Positions 1 to 14,150 of a stretch of 64,000 nucleotides of DNA are shown here, piece by piece. The DNA lies in assembly GCF_963921235.1 (NCBI RefSeq), contig NC_086106.1:34844001-34908000 (forward strand), read 5' to 3'. The first letter of the stretch is position 1. Each line of letters opens with the position of its first letter. Made by a program: the position numbers and the translations under genes. This stretch comes from Mobula hypostoma (Eukaryota). The notes beneath the pieces were generated by a model that worked only from the letters and a program-made list of their open reading frames with translations, was not told where the DNA came from and did no database searches.

Positions 1-237
1 GTTCAAGGGAGATATTAGAGGAAGGGTTTTTACTCAGAGAGTGCTTGGTGTGTGGAATGCACTGCCCGAGTCAGTGGTGGAGGCAAATACACTAGTGAAG
101 TTTAAGAGACTACTACACAGGTATATGGAGGAATTTAAATTGGGGGATTATACAAGCGGCAGGGTTCGAGGGTCAGCACAACATTGTGGGCCGAAGAGCC
201 TGTACTGTGCTGTACTATTCTATGTTCTATGTTCTAA
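1..237 (+). mobile_element. CR1 LINE 3' end (same family as 54418-55525)
   Basis: ORF2 C-terminus (GVWNALPESVVEANTLVKFKRLL), 3' UTR and (TATGTTC)n tail near-identical to 55290-55525. Confidence 0.88.
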
Positions 238-2069
238 GCCTTTGAGACTTACGGCTGCATTAAGCATATCCGGAGTGTGCCATGTCTTTGTGAAACACAG
301 AATACAGTAAATCTTCATTCCCCTTCTAATCGTTCCCCTAGGTCCTCAATCTTTTTCTCCAGTGACTTTGAAATTACTCACAAGATGCTAGGTTGATATG
401 TTTCATCTTCTATGTTTCATCCAGCTTGGATTCCTCCCCTCCTCCGGCCGGCGATATACTTTTGCCCACTATGTCTGCATGCTTAAGTGTTAAGTCCACC
501 ATGTCCTTCAGAAGATTGTTAAATTGCTAGTTCATTAAGACGATTCAAAAGTACGTTGTCTACGGGGAAATTACAGGATGCAGATTGCAATGAGACTAAT
601 TCAAAAGAGGTACTATAGATTTAGAAGATTTGAAAGCAGTTTGCAGCACGTCACTGTGGTTCACCCGCAGCATCTTCCTACCCCAGAGTAATATCGATCT
701 TTTCGTGAAATTAGCCATGGAATTTAATCCTGTTAAACGTGAGCCCATGCCTCCTGGGAGTATCAAAGAGGCTCGAAACATCTACCAACGAGTTATAAGG
801 AGCAAACTGACCTTGATGTGCAAATCCGTCGATCACTGAGTTAGCAGTACAGGTGGATAATATTCTTATGAAAGCATGCGGTCTACGAGCTGTCATTTAC
901 CCGGCAAACAAACAAAAAGCAAGGAACTTATACTCTAATGACATAACAACAAAGTATGATTTCAGTTTCCATATGTTATGCAGATCTTGTCGACACATGA
1001 GAAGAAGAATGTGATAGCACAGGAGAGGGTACAGAGGGGATTCACTGGGATGTTGCATGGGGTTATTTATTACGAGAAACTGGAGTTTGTGGGAGGAGGT
1101 TAAGAGAAGATGCATAAAATATATCTAGTATTAGAAAAATTCATTTTTGAAGCATTTAATTCAGAAGACAAAAAATTAAGATAAAGGTGGTAAACGAGGT
1201 AAAATATATGGAGCGATTTAGAGCTATCTTATTTCCAAGAGAAGACCCAGTGCCAAGTTTTCATTGCCCAAAGGGATGGTGAAACAGCATTTAAAATGTA
1301 TCTGGAGGAGCACAGGAATCAGCTCTGCGACTTTGAGCCGAGATCTGCAAGGTAAGATTAGCACGGATGTGTACTCACGGGTCAGCGTTCACATGCTGGG
1401 CTGAATGCTCTATTTCTATGCTATAAATTCCGATAACATTGTCACCAAGGACCTGTTTCTGTGTCAGCGCAACTGAGATTGAAGGAACGACCAATGGGTC
1501 TGTTGCCTGTTGGCGGCACTTTTGGAAAATAAGTACAGGGCATTTTCCTTGAAATGATCAGTATCCGCAAATACAGTACGCATCCGCCAGGCATCACGCT
1601 TAGGCGCATCTGGCTCAGTTCTGAACATTCCTCACATCATTCCTCCTATGCTTGAAACCCATTGAGAAAGTTTTAAAATTCCCGCATCTCTTCTCAAATT
1701 TCTTTCCTATATTATCCATCTTACCTCTAGAAAATCTGACTCTATCAATCTCCAAAATACGTTCAGTTCCCTAATACTCTCAGGTTGATCATCTCCATCC
1801 TTTGTCATGTTACCATTAGCTTTTAAAATTCGAGGCCCTCGAATTCCTTCAGTGAACGTTGTGGATCCTTAACATGGCTCTATCTTTTAAAAACTACCTC
1901 CTTGCCCTAGCTTATGTAAATACCGCCTGATGAATTTCAGAATAAATCGGTTCCGATTCTGAGTAACACACTAACCGTAGAACCTGGAACACGGAGCACA
2001 ATCCAGCATATTATGGGCCCTTGGCTCAGGATGTTGTGCAGCAGACTAAGTAATGCAGTGACGTGTCGG

Positions 2070-3159
2070 TGTCATGGTCCGGTCCGTGAAGTCCGCATTC
2101 CGGTTTACGGCCCGGTCCATCGACCCTTGCTCCAGGTTTTCCTGTCTACCCTGTTTCTGTTCCCGTTGAGCACTAATTGAGGCTACTGATTCTCGTTGGG
2201 GCTGGCTGCATAAATACCTCGAAAGACCAACGCGTGGCGGCTGGATTGTTCTTGTCCTCACTCCTTGTATCCCTTCCCCTGCCTTCTGATTCCTTGCCCG
2301 AATCCTTGCCTTGTCTTGCCCGTAACTCTCGCCTCGCCTCGCCTTAAGTTCTTGTCTTGGAGCCACTCTGTATCTAGATCCCTTCCTGTCCCTTGCCTCC
2401 GTTGGGTAAGGCAGGCCATATTGCCGTTATCCTGCGATTGGTTCTGTCCCTTCCTGTCCCTTGCCTCCATCAGGTGTAGATCCGCTCCCTGACCAGGTGA
2501 TCCGCGCCCTGCCCACAGGAGCTTCAAGACCCCATGCCTCTAGCCAAGCCTCGCCTCAAGTTCCTAGCCGTGCCTCGCCCCAAGCCAAGCTTCGAGACCC
2601 TAAGCCTCGAGCCTCGCCCCAAGCCAAGCTTCAAGACCCCAAGCCTCAGGCCTCTAGTCTCAAGCCTCGCCTCAAGTCTTTAGTCTCAAGCCTCTGGTCT
2701 CAAGCCTCGCCTCAAGTCTCTAATTTCCAGCCTCGCCTCAAGTCTCTGGTCTCCAGCCTCGACTCAAGTCTCTGGTCTCCAGCCTCGCCTCAAGTCTCTG
2801 GTCCCCAGCCTCGCCTCGAGTCTTTGCTCTCCTGCCTCACCTCAAGTCTCTGGTCCCCAGCCTCGCCTCAAGCCTCGCCTGAAGTCTGAAGTCTCCAGCC
2901 CCGTCCTGCCTGCTAGCGAAGTCACGTCCTTGCCTAGTTCTAGGGTCCGAGCCAGATGCAAGATCCAGGTACTGGGTCCTTGTCCAGTCTCTGGCTCGGA
3001 GTCCAAGCCCGGGCTCCTAGCTCTCTTGTCCAGTCCTGTTCCGGGTTCTCGGTTCTCGAGTCCATGTCCTAGCCCTCACCCGGCATCCTAGTCCTGTCCC
3101 TAGTACTTCAGTGTCTGTGTCTTGCACTTGGGTCCGTTCCCAGACACCCCATTATGACA
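2070..3159 (+). mobile_element. Solo LTR (family A) with exact 5-bp TSD GTCGG
   Basis: Termini TGTCATGG...ATTATGACA; GTCGG at 2065-2069 and 3160-3164; internal CAAGCCTCGCCT-type tandem repeats; homologous to 44955-46079. Confidence 0.9.
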
Positions 3160-3164
3160 GTCGG

Positions 3165-3690
3165 AATGAAAATGGGAACAGGAATTGAAGTGGGTGGTCA
3201 CCACGAGATCCTGATTTTTTCTGACAAACTGTTGGAATGAACATCGATTTCTCGAGCTTCCGGTAGTTTCCCCCCACGGTCACAATTCCCATTCCACATT
3301 CCCCCTCTCACCTCATCTCTTTATTTGCCCATCACATCCCTCTGATATTCCTACCCTTCTTCTTTCTTCAATGGTCTTCTATCCTCCACTGTCAGGTTCC
3401 CCCTTTTCCAGCCCTTTGTTTCTTTTACCTACCAGCTTTGCATCTCTTTACTTCACCCCTCCGACTCTCCTAGTTTCACCTATCAGCTACTACCTTGTAC
3501 GTCTTCCTCCCCTCACCCAATCTCCTTGCTCGAACTTCTTATCTTTTTTTCCAGTCCTGATGAAGGGTTTTGGCCTGAAACGTCGACTGTTTAATCTTTT
3601 CCATAGATGCTTCCTGGACTGTTGAGTTCCTCCAGCATTTTGTGTATGTTGCTTGGATTTACAGTATTTGCAGGTTTTCTCGTCTCTTGA
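3165..3690. mobile_element. Penelope-like element fragment
   Basis: Shares the terminal 'gaagggt..cggcccgaaacgtcgac...gatgctgcctgacctgctgagttcctccagc' type motif with 15310-16930 and 58110-59520. Boundaries approximate. Confidence 0.55.
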
Positions 3691-3869
3691 AGATGTCAAG
3701 TGGTTTTATTTTCGCTCCTGGTCGTTTTGGACATCTCCACGCATGAATGCTTGAAACCTTAGTGAGCGACAGAGTTCAGAATTGTTTTTATGCTTATTTC
3801 TCGCCAAATATCAGTGATTTTTATGGACACAAACACACACAACAGACGCTATTAAAACCTGTTCGCTTT

Positions 3870-4380
3870 AAGTACGGCGCAGTGTTCAGCGGCCATTTTC
3901 CCATCCAGCTCTTTGTAAGCTACAACAACGTTTTCCAGCATACAAACCACCAGTGTTCGTGTCATCTGCAAACTTACTGCCCAAGCCTTCCACTTCCTTG
4001 TCAGAATCATCTGCTAACTTACTAACTCATCCTTCCTCTTCCTCCTCGTAGTCAATGATAACATTCAGAAAAAAATAAAAAATCAGAAAAAAATAGGGGG
4101 AGGGGGGTCACAGAACAATCCTTGCAGAACACTACTCGTCACCAATCTTCAGGCAGAACACATTTCATGTTTTACCATGCACTGTCTTCTGTCGGAAAGC
4201 CAATTCGAGTCAACGCAGCCAAGTTTCCATGGATCTCACCCCTCACGTCTGCGCGGAAATACCTGCCATGGGTAACCTTGCCGAACAGCTATCTAAAAAC
4301 ACGTACACCACTCTACCTATCTTCGTCAATTTGTTTAGTCACATTCTCTAAACACTGAGTCATGCTCAGGAGGTGGGATC
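3870..4380 (-). mobile_element. Decayed CR1 RT fragment
   Basis: Reverse complement encodes SKFADDT-like and KAF-like RT motifs (gtgtcatctgcaaacttact). Boundaries approximate. Confidence 0.55.
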
Positions 4381-7300
4381 TGCCCCGCAGAAAGCCAGCA
4401 AGGCTTTGTGATCTAAGTTCCACTGTATCTTGTTGTGAGCAAACCTATGGACCACAACACGAACTTTTTAAACGTCAGTTCATTCGCACATATTAAAAAG
4501 TTTTAACAGCAATTATACGACACTATTTGATAATCGTTTCAATGAAAGAACAACCATTTTGACGAAAGTCTTCACATATCAAGTAGTATACAATATTACG
4601 AAGCGCGTCGCCTTCAGTAATATGTATCTACATTATTCATTTCCCAGCTGCTACTCGTACACTTCAATTTAAGTATGCTTAAATTTGACTTAGTTGTTCT
4701 TGAAATAATTTAAAACATTTGTTTGGAAAGTTCAGTGAACAAATTAATTAAAATTATTAACGTTACACTACTAACGTAGAATAATTTAAATAATTTTGTA
4801 TTGGTTATATTTAAAATTAATTGCACATTTTAATAATTTCCATTTTGATTTGCAACACGGCAAATTTTCCAAAAGATTATCTGATTTAGCCCCAAAGTAC
4901 GTTGCTTGTCTGAGTTAAATCTTCCTTATTTTCGTTACTCAACATGTAGGTTTAATTGGCAATGTGGTTCAGTTTTATCAATAGTCAATAGAACATGGTA
5001 AAAAAATACAATATTTAACAGAACGTGTAAGCATGTGAAATTTAGACCAGAATTCCCAGCAGTAATAAAGCAGTCAATGAGCATTATATTGCATTCTCTT
5101 TGCTGATATTCTAACAGTAGTGTCTCACAAATAAGTAAACAAACAGTATCGGGCAACACGGCGATAAGCATAAAATCTTTTGAGGAGGTTATGTAATTTC
5201 CCCGTGATGTTAGGAATTTAAGTGATTCAACCCATTCTGACTTCATGCCAGAAAAATCAGATTTTGGCTTTTTCCGGCTTTCTGCAAGCATGAAAGGTTT
5301 AGATCCTGACATAAAGGAATTGGGATTTTCTCCAGTTAATCTGGCGAGAGTATGCGTTCTCCCTCTAGTGATCTTATTGCTACACTCCAAGAGCCCATGC
5401 AGTGTCTCCTTTCACGGGCAATTGAACACTCTGCAGGCATTCACATTTCCGTTAAATTTGCAAAAATAAATGCAGAAAATTTGCAAATCAGCGTTGGCTA
5501 CCAATGTATGTCAAGAACCGAGTAATGCATACATTTAGAGCACCATTGTTCTTCGAATGTGAGCAGACATGCAGCTTCCGAGTTCCGGTAAAGCAACTTT
5601 CTGCCCTCAGTGAACAGCAGAACTCGGTGATTCCCAACTGTGGTGGAAGGTCAACAAGGAGGATTGTAGCCTTTGTTTCAGCCGAGCAGCATGACATGAT
5701 TCTCTCATTTTCCATGCTCACTGATAGGAACTGCAGAGGCACAATCTCCTGGAATACCTACTGTCGTGGCAGAGTATCACTCAGCATAAACATAATCGTA
5801 ATCAATATATTTCAGTTGTAAAATTCTACCTGAAAGAAACACTTAAATGGGATAATGTCATTCCTTCAAATGCAAATAGTTAAGATTGCGTATTCGCGCA
5901 ATTTCTTTATAATAGTTCCACGTAGTTTGCTAATAATGATCATGCTCCCCCACCCCGACTTCTTAAAGCAAGGCAACTGGTTAAGCCAGCGGACACAGAG
6001 AAATATAGTTTGTTTAATTCAGCTACACTTTCTTAGTGCGCAGCCTTGAGTATCAAACCCTATTTTGGAACTCAGTCAACGGAGTGAAATACGAAGACTC
6101 ATTCCTAAACAACTTATTGCTTTGTCAGTGAATATGGGTAGTAGGAGAGGGCGACGCTCATGAAGTCAAAATAAATTAATTGTTTCATTCAAGTACAAAA
6201 TTAGAATGGCAGATTGCAAGGCGTATTGAATTTTTTTCACATTTGTGGTAGACTTCATATCTCTCACTGTTCGACAATGATTTAATCCCAGTTTATGTTA
6301 CATTATTCAGAGGAATACGCTTTGCAACATTTCTGTGAAATTCTAACCAAAACAACTGTTTCACAAGAAAAAATCAGAATCAAACCCATGGAAGAAAGGG
6401 AAACAAAACTGTAATTTCACAAGCACAACATCGCAATTAACACAAATGTCCCAGAGAATAGTGGTTTATTGATATCATGTCCTGTACACTAGAGATTCTG
6501 CAAATAGTGGAAATCCAGAACAACGCACTAAAAGTTGGAGGAACTCAGCAGGTCAGGCAGCATGTATGGAGCAGACTAACAATCGACGCTCCAGGCTGAG
6601 ACGCTTCATCAAGATGGTCACCATACGTCATCATTTAACTTCGGGTCCATTAAAACAAAAGCTGGAGCTGCGTCCGTTTTAGCAATCTCTAATTCACCTG
6701 TAACGATAGAACACGAACATAGAATCCAGTGAGCAGCTGAGAGAGGCAAACATTCAAAGTGACCGAATGGTCGAAAGAGTACAGTAACAAAAAAAAATGT
6801 TCTAATATTTTCCTTGTAAATTGTTAGATTCATTATCAGCTCCAGGCTGCATCCCCATGTTATATTTCTGTACCCTCCATTAAGCGTACTTATAAGTCGG
6901 AATTATACAGCAAAATGATTGGTCGACTGCTTTATTTTCAACGAACATCTGATCACTGACATGTCAAATATGAAGGAGTTGATGTATTTTGCAGCTTTCT
7001 ACTTGATCTGATACCTCATGCCTGGTGTAATTTCGGACTAAGTATGACCTGACGTATTGTCTTATCCCGTTAGAGTGAGCGGATATTCTACAATACACTG
7101 TGCGTAGTTTTACATATTATTTTGGCGAACAAGAAGCACCATCCACGTTAAGCACCAAGAATAAATTCTTCTTTGCCCTGGTCTGAACTGTTGTGTTGTT
7201 GGTCAAGGTCTCTGGACGTAAAAGTGAAAATGTTGCCGAGCAAGGTTGAAAATAATCGGGGTGTATTTTGGCTCGTCCAGCTTTATTGCACAACAAATGG

Positions 7301-7929
7301 AAGTCGAAAAGTACAACGTGCGGCTAAGGGCATTCTTGGAATTATACCGATATTTTTCGTCTGTTTAATTAATATCAGACATTTGCATTGAAAGCACTAT
7401 GGTAAAGGTTCAGTAGTTTATTCGTTGATATGAATAGTTTGCCTCAGGAGTGAGGATTAAAAAAATTGCAATTAAACATAATAGAATCATATACGCTGAT
7501 GCTTTCAAACAAAAAAAAACCGCATTGTGAATGGTAATGATCAATATTGTGAAAGTTTCCGCGTATGAGTGACGTAGAACTAAGAGAAATAGAAAGAGTA
7601 TGATGGCGGAACTCAGCAGATTAGGTAGTATCTGTTCAGAGGAGTAAGTAGTTGCCGTCCTAAACGGCGACTCATCATTCCTCTCCATAAATTCTACCTG
7701 ACGTGCTGAGTTCGTTGAGGATCTATTGTGCGTTGCCCTTAATTTCCAACATGTGCAGGATGATCAGCAGCTAAGAGATACAGTTTCAGAAGAAAGAGCA
7801 ATGAAGTAAAGGCACTGATGGGGAGGAATTTCGTCTCTCAAAGTGTTATGAAACCTTTAAATCGTGAACCCATAAAGAGTTTTAAGGCCGTCTGATAGAA
7901 TACATAAAATATTGCATCGTTATCGATAT

Positions 7930-10900
7930 AGTTGCGCCGAGTGATTAGGAAGGCCGGGTCGAGGCGAGGTAGGTTGTCTGTGCAGAATACAGACAGGAAG
8001 AATGTGTGTGAGGCCCATGTTCTGTGCTTGGTATCAGATGTGGGAAATCCGGAAGACTCCCGGCCTCCCGGACGGCCACCTCTGCACCAGGTGCGTCGAG
8101 CTGCAGCTCCTTAGGGACCGCGTTAGGAACTGGAGATGAAGCTCGATGACCTTCGTCTAGTTAGGGAAATTGAGGAGGTGATATAGGCAAGTAGTCACAC
8201 CGGGACCTCGGGAGACAGAAAAGTGGGAAACAATCAGGAGAGGGAAGGGCAGGAGTCAGATGCTCGAGAGCACCCCTGTGACTGTACCCTTTGGCAATAT
8301 GTATTCCTTCTTGAGTACTGTTGGGGGGGGTGGGGGGAGGAGGCCTACCTGGGGGAAGCAACAGTGGCTGCGCCTCTGGCACAGCGTCTGGCCCTGTGAC
8401 TCAGAAGGGAAAGGAAAGCAAAAGGACGGTATCAGTGATAGGGAACTCTATAGTTAGGGGCTCAGATAGGCGATTCGGTGGACGCAGGAAAGAAGAACGG
8501 ATCGTAGATTGCCTCCCAGGTGACAGGATCCGGGATGTTTCTGACCGCGTCTACGATATCCTGAAGTGGGAAGGAGAATAGCCAGAGGTCGTGGTACATA
8601 TTGGTGCTAATGACATAGGCAGGAAAAGGGAGGAGGTCCTGAAAACGGACTGCAGGGAGTTAGGCAGGAGTTTGAGAAGCATGACAACAAAGGTAGTAAC
8701 CTCGGGATTACTGTCTGTGCCACAGAGCAGTGAGTATAGGAATCGAGTGAGGTGGAAAATAAATGCACGGCTGAGGGATTGGAGCAGGGGCAGGGATTCA
8801 GATTTCTGGATCACTGGTACCTCTTTTGGGGCAGGGGTGACCTGTACAAAAAGGATGGGTTGCACTTGAATCCCGGAGGACCAATATTCTGGCGGGGAGG
8901 TTTGCTAAAGCTGTTGGGGAGAGGATTGCTGGGGTGTGGGACGGAGGAAGAGGTGGTTGGCTCAGAAGTAGAGAGAGTTTGGAGGCAGTGTGATAGGGAG
9001 TATAGACTGGTGATAGAGCAGGGACACGCTCAGACCGATGATTTGAGATAAGTCTATTTTAATGCAAGGAGTATTATGGACAAATCGGATGAGCTTAGAG
9101 CGTGGATCTGTACTTGGAGCAATGATGTTGTGGCCATTACAGAGACTTGGATGGCTCAAGGGCAGGAATGGTTACTTCAAGCTTCAGGCTTTAGATGTTT
9201 CTGAAAGGACGGGGGCGGGGGGGGGAGGCAAAAGTGGTAGGGACGTGACACTGTTGATCAGAGATAGTGTCACGGCTGAAGAAAGGAAGGAAGAATGAAC
9301 CAATTGTCTACGGAGTCTCTGTGGGATGAAGATAGGAACAGGAAGGTGTCAATATCTCTACTGGGTGCTTCTTATAGACCATCCAATAGTAACAGGGTCA
9401 TCGAGGAGCAGATAGTGAGACAGATTCTGAAAAGGGTAATAATAAGAGGATTGTCGTTGTGGGAGATTTTAATTTCCCAAATATCGATTGGCATGTCCCT
9501 AGAGCGAGGGGTTTAGATGGGGTTGAATTTGTTAAGCGTGTTCAGGAAGGTTTCTTGACACAATATGTAGATAAGTCTACAAGAGGAGAGACTGTACTTG
9601 AATGGTATAGGGAAATGAACCTGGTCAGGTGTCACATCTCTCAATGGGAGAGCATTTCGGAGATGGTGATCGCAATTTTATCCCCTTTACCATAGCATTG
9701 GAGAGCGATAAGAACAGACAAGTTAGAAAAGCGTTTAATTGGAGTATGGGGAAATGTGAGGCAGGAACTTAGAAGGATAAATTGGGAACAGATGTTCTCA
9801 GGGAAATGTACGGAAGGAATGTGGCAAATGTTCAGGGGATATTTGCGTGGAGTTCCGCATTGGTGCGTTCCAATGAGACAGAGAAAGGATGATAGGGTAC
9901 AGAAACCGTGGTGTGCAAAGGCTGTTGTATATCTCGTCAAACAGAAAAGTAAAGCTTACGAAAGGTTCAGAAAACTAGGTAACGATAGAGATCCAGCAGG
10001 TTATAAGGCTAGCAGGAAGGAGCTTAAGAAAGAAATTAGGAGAGCCAGAAGCGGCCTTCAGAAGGCCTTGGCGGAGAGGATAAAGGAAAACACAAGAACA
10101 TTCTACAAGTATGTGAAGAGCAAGACGATAAGACTTGAGAGAATAGGACCAATCAAGTGTGACGGTGCAAAAGTCTGTATGGAACCGGAGGAGATAGCAG
10201 AGCTACTTAATGAGTGCATTGTTTCAGAGTTCACTGCAGAAAAGGATCTTGGAATTTATAGGGATGACTTACAGCGGACTGAAAAGCTTCATTATGTAGA
10301 TATTAAGAAAGAGGATGTGCTGGAGCTTTTGGAAAGCATCAAGTTGGATAAGTCAGTGGGACCGGACGATATGTACCCCGGGCTACTGTGGGAGTCGATG
10401 GAGGAGATTGCTGAGACTCTGACGATGATCATTGCTTCATCAATTGGGACGGGAGAGGTTCCGGACGATTGGAGGGTTGCGGATGTTGTTCCATTATTCA
10501 AGAAAGGGAGTGGAGATAGCCCAGAAAGTTATACAACAGTGAGTCTTACTTCAGTGTTTGGTAAGTTGATGGAGAAGATCCTGAGAGGCGGGATTCATGT
10601 ACATTTGCAGAGGTATGATATCATTAGAACAGTCAACATGGCTTTGCAAAAGGCAGGTCGTCCCTTACGAGCCTGATTGATTTTTTTGAGGATGTGATTA
10701 AACACGTTGATAAAGGTAGAGCAGTAGATGTAGTGTATATGGATTTCAGCAAGGCATTTGATAAGGTACCCCACGCAAGGCTTATTGAAAAAGTAAGGGG
10801 CATGGGATCCAATGAGGCATTGCTTTGTGGATCCAGAAATGGCTTGCCCACAGAAGGCAAAGAGTGGTTGCAGTCGGGTCATATTCTGCATGGAGGTTGG

Positions 10901-11895
10901 TGACCAGTGGTATGTCTCAGGGATTTCTTCTGGGACTCCTCCTCTTCGTGATTTTTATAAAAGACCTGGATGAGGAAGTAGTTAGTGAATTGGCTGATAA
11001 CACAAATGTTGGGGGTGTTGTCGATAGTGTGGAGGGCTGTCAGAGGTTACAGCGAGACATTGATAGGATGCAAAACTGGGCTGAGAAGTGGCAGATGTAG
11101 TTCAACCAGATAAGTGTGAGGTGGTTCATTTTGGTAGATCAAATATGATGGCAGAATATAGCATTAATGGCAAGACTCTTGGCAGTGTGGAGGATCTGAG
11201 GGATCTTGGGGTTCGAGTCCATAGGACACTCAAATCAAACCACTTGATTCTGTGGTTAAGAAAGCATACAGTGCATTAGACTTCGTCAATCGTGGGATTG
11301 ACATTCGGAGCCGAGAGGTAATGTTGCAGTTATATAGGACACAACACTTGGAGTATTGTGCTCAATTCTGGTCTCCTCACTACAGGAAGGACGGGGACAC
11401 CATATAAAGGGTGCAGAGGAGATTTACAAGAATGTTGCCTGGATTGGGGAGCATGCCTTATGAGAATAGGTTGAGTGAACTCGGCCTATTTTCCTTGGAG
11501 CGACGGAATCTGAGAAGTGACCTGATAGAGGCGTATAAGATGATGAGAAGCATTGATCGTGTGGATAGTCATAGACTTTTCCACAGGGCTGAAGTGGCTA
11601 GCACGGGAGGGCACAGTTTTAAGGTGCTTGGAAGTAGGTACAGAGGAGTTGTCAGGGATAAGTTTTTTTTTAATGCAGAGAGTGTTGTGTGCGTGGAATG
11701 GGCGGCCGGCGACGGTGGTGGACGCGGTTACGACAGGGTCTTTTAAGAGTCTCCTGGACAGGTACATGGAGCTCAGGAAAAATAGAGGGCTATGGGTAAC
11801 CCTAGGTAACTTCTAAGGTAATAGCATGTTCGGCGCAGCTTTGTGGGTCCAAGGGCCTGTATTTTGCTGTATGTTTTCAATATATCGATGTTTCT
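7930..11895 (+). mobile_element. Near full-length decayed CR1 LINE (ORF1 zinc-finger/SGNH esterase, ORF2 APE endonuclease + RT, 3' UTR)
   Basis: VIGNSIVRG and VHIGANDIG (esterase); MGDFNFPNIDW (APE); DVVYMDFSKAFDKVPH, LADNT and MQRRFTRMLPG (RT). Many frameshifts and stops. 5' end approximate. Confidence 0.93.
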
Positions 11896-12099
11896 AACCG
11901 ATAATGAGGTCACCTGTGATATCAATGAATGACATTTCGGGGGTCTGATTAGTCTACCCCTTTTTCTATCTTGTCTGCTCCTGCTTTCCCCGCCCCCCTC
12001 AAGTATTTGGTTGTTTCCGTTTCTGAGCCTTCTGGTGAATGTTTCAATATATATTTCACAAAGGCGTACTGGTTAGAAAAATGCTTTACACTACTAGCT

Positions 12100-12320
12100 C
12101 ACGGGTTTAATTTCTGGCGCCGTCCTGTAAGGATTTTTTACATTCTCCTCAGTGACCGCATGGGTTTTCTCCGCGTGCTCAGGTTTCCACGTGCAGTTCG
12201 GTTGGCAGATTGGCCAATTCCATCCGCAATTCGTTTCGTAGATTAATTGGTCATTGTAAATTGTCGTGTGATTTGGCCACGTGTTACAGGGCGGTGCAGC
12301 TCGACGGCTGATTTAAATTT
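12100..12320 (+). mobile_element. V-SINE (HE1-like) copy
   Basis: V-domain core 'catgggttttctccgcgtgctcaggtttcc' followed by 'ttaattggtcattgtaaattgtc'. Confidence 0.6.
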
Positions 12321-13099
12321 CATGAACCAGGTTTCGGGGTTTAGATAATAACTTCCGTTCAGAAATAATGGAACTGAATACCAACGTCACAGTGAACATG
12401 AAGTATGCTCCAGCTACCTTGCGTACAATTGGATGAGCTGTGGATTCTGTGATAATTCTCACAGTATCAACGTGACTGGCTGCTACGATGATGGGAATCT
12501 ATATTACAGTACGAATTGGAAAATGTAAATAATGACAATAATGAAACCTAATACCACCTATATCACTATGGAAAATTTAATAATTGAATTTTATAGAATC
12601 TTTCATGTAAAATTAAAATTATTAGATTAAAAATGACGAAATGTAGGATGCACTGAGCAGGGTACATCCAGCGACGCATACCGCGAAAAAGCTAACGTTT
12701 TGAGTCCAAAACCATTTCTCTAAGTGGTGACGAATTGGTTAACCTGACAGCTAGCAGCCGATTGTGCCAACTTGCCATGAGTGTTGTAAATAGCAGGGCC
12801 GTGGAACGTCCCCAGAAGGCTAGGCTGTACTAATGGAGAGAGAAAATTTGAACGAAATCACAGATGGATTACTGACAGAAATGATCAGTTCTGATGCAAA
12901 AAGAACTAACGTGCGAGTCACATGAATCTGGATAATTTGACAGTCCAGGCACGAGAGAAGATGATAGAGTAGAAAGGGTGAAATAAGTGTACTTTCTCTG
13001 ATAGTGCATCCAGACAGCACGAACAGAAAATGAAGGAAGGAATGGTATGAAATAAGGTCGAGTTCTTGTCTATTCAAGTGATTAGCCAAATGTTTACTA

Positions 13100-14150
13100 A
13101 AAGTTGTTGTTTAATGTGCTTCTACCACTTCCTCTGGAATTGTCTTCGTTTCCACGTTAAATGTCTATCCTCTTCTTCCATACAGCCGAATATGACAAAC
13201 ATTCTAACTAAACGCCAACCATACTTATTATATTTCATCTGATTATATATCTTTGAAGCCATCCCTTGGTCTGCTTCGCTCCAAGAAGAACAAACCAAGC
13301 CTAACAAATTTCTTCTGATAAACTCCAGTCAAGAGAATGGAGAAATCGAAAAATGTCTTTTACATTCTGTCCAGCGCGATCAGGTGATTATCAAAGTATG
13401 GTGACCAGTACTGCGCAGAATAATCCAATCCCGGCCCAGTGAGTCTTTTTTAAATTGGAACCATGTGGCTCGAACTTCTTCAATCTATTACTAGTCCAGT
13501 GAAGAAAATTGCCACATCCCTTCGTTACTGCCACATCCTCTTGCTATTCCGCCTACAGGGAACAATTGATTTATACTCCAGTGTGTCTCTGCTCATCAAA
13601 ATTTCGTAGTGCCCTAATCTGACCCACATATGCTCTAATTTTAGAGTATTTCACTTTCCAAAATACATCTCCTCATCTGTCACAGGACTAACTTGACGGA
13701 TGACCAACGTTCTGGTCAGCTCGCCTACTGATATCCTACTGTATCCGTTGATAAACATTTTGGGCAAACTTACTAATAAGATATTCTACGTCAAATTCAA
13801 GTCATTAATAAATGTTACAGTCAGCAGCAGTTCCAGAGGTGACCATTGCGATGCACCACTCCAGAGCTTTCCAATCAGAAATTCATTAGGTTTTGACTCC
13901 TATCTCCAAGCCAATGATAGATCTAGTTTTACAATTTACTTTGGAGATCGTTTTCAAAGGTTTTACTAAGGTCACTGCAGACATCTTGCAATAGTGAGAC
14001 CTGGATGTAGCATTAAGTACAGAGATAAATGGACGTCCCACATCACTTATGAGGATGAAAAGCAGATATTTTGCAAAGTAATCATCCAATTTCAAGTGGT
14101 GTCTCCATTGCGGAGGAGGCCATATCGTGAACGTCAAATATATTGCACTA
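13100..14150 (-). mobile_element. Highly decayed CR1 RT fragment
   Basis: Reverse-complement remnants of the YCAQYWSP, FINDL and KAF motifs. Boundaries approximate. Confidence 0.5.

Noticed and set aside
652-658. Isolated CACTGTG heptamer
   Set aside because: No nonamer at 12 or 23 nt and no Ig-like coding sequence nearby.
2461-2889. 142-aa repetitive ORF (and the 178- and 208-aa ORFs at 44881-45700)
   Set aside because: They lie within solo-LTR minisatellite arrays whose units lack stop codons.
5777-7230. Exon-like minus-strand stretches with good acceptors (6697 GELEIAKTDAAPAF...; 5829 GRILQLKYIDYDYVYAE*; near 7230)
   Set aside because: No recognisable domain, no coherent multi-exon ORF and no convincing donors.
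7410-7688. Hydrophobic 92-aa ORF
   Set aside because: Low-complexity T-rich sequence partly overlapping a repeat; no family motif.
12330-12535. Plus-strand NVTVNMKYAP followed by a hydrophobic stretch (CD22/Siglec-like)
   Set aside because: Two in-frame stops, no upstream Cys or Ig fold, and no intron at Y|AP.
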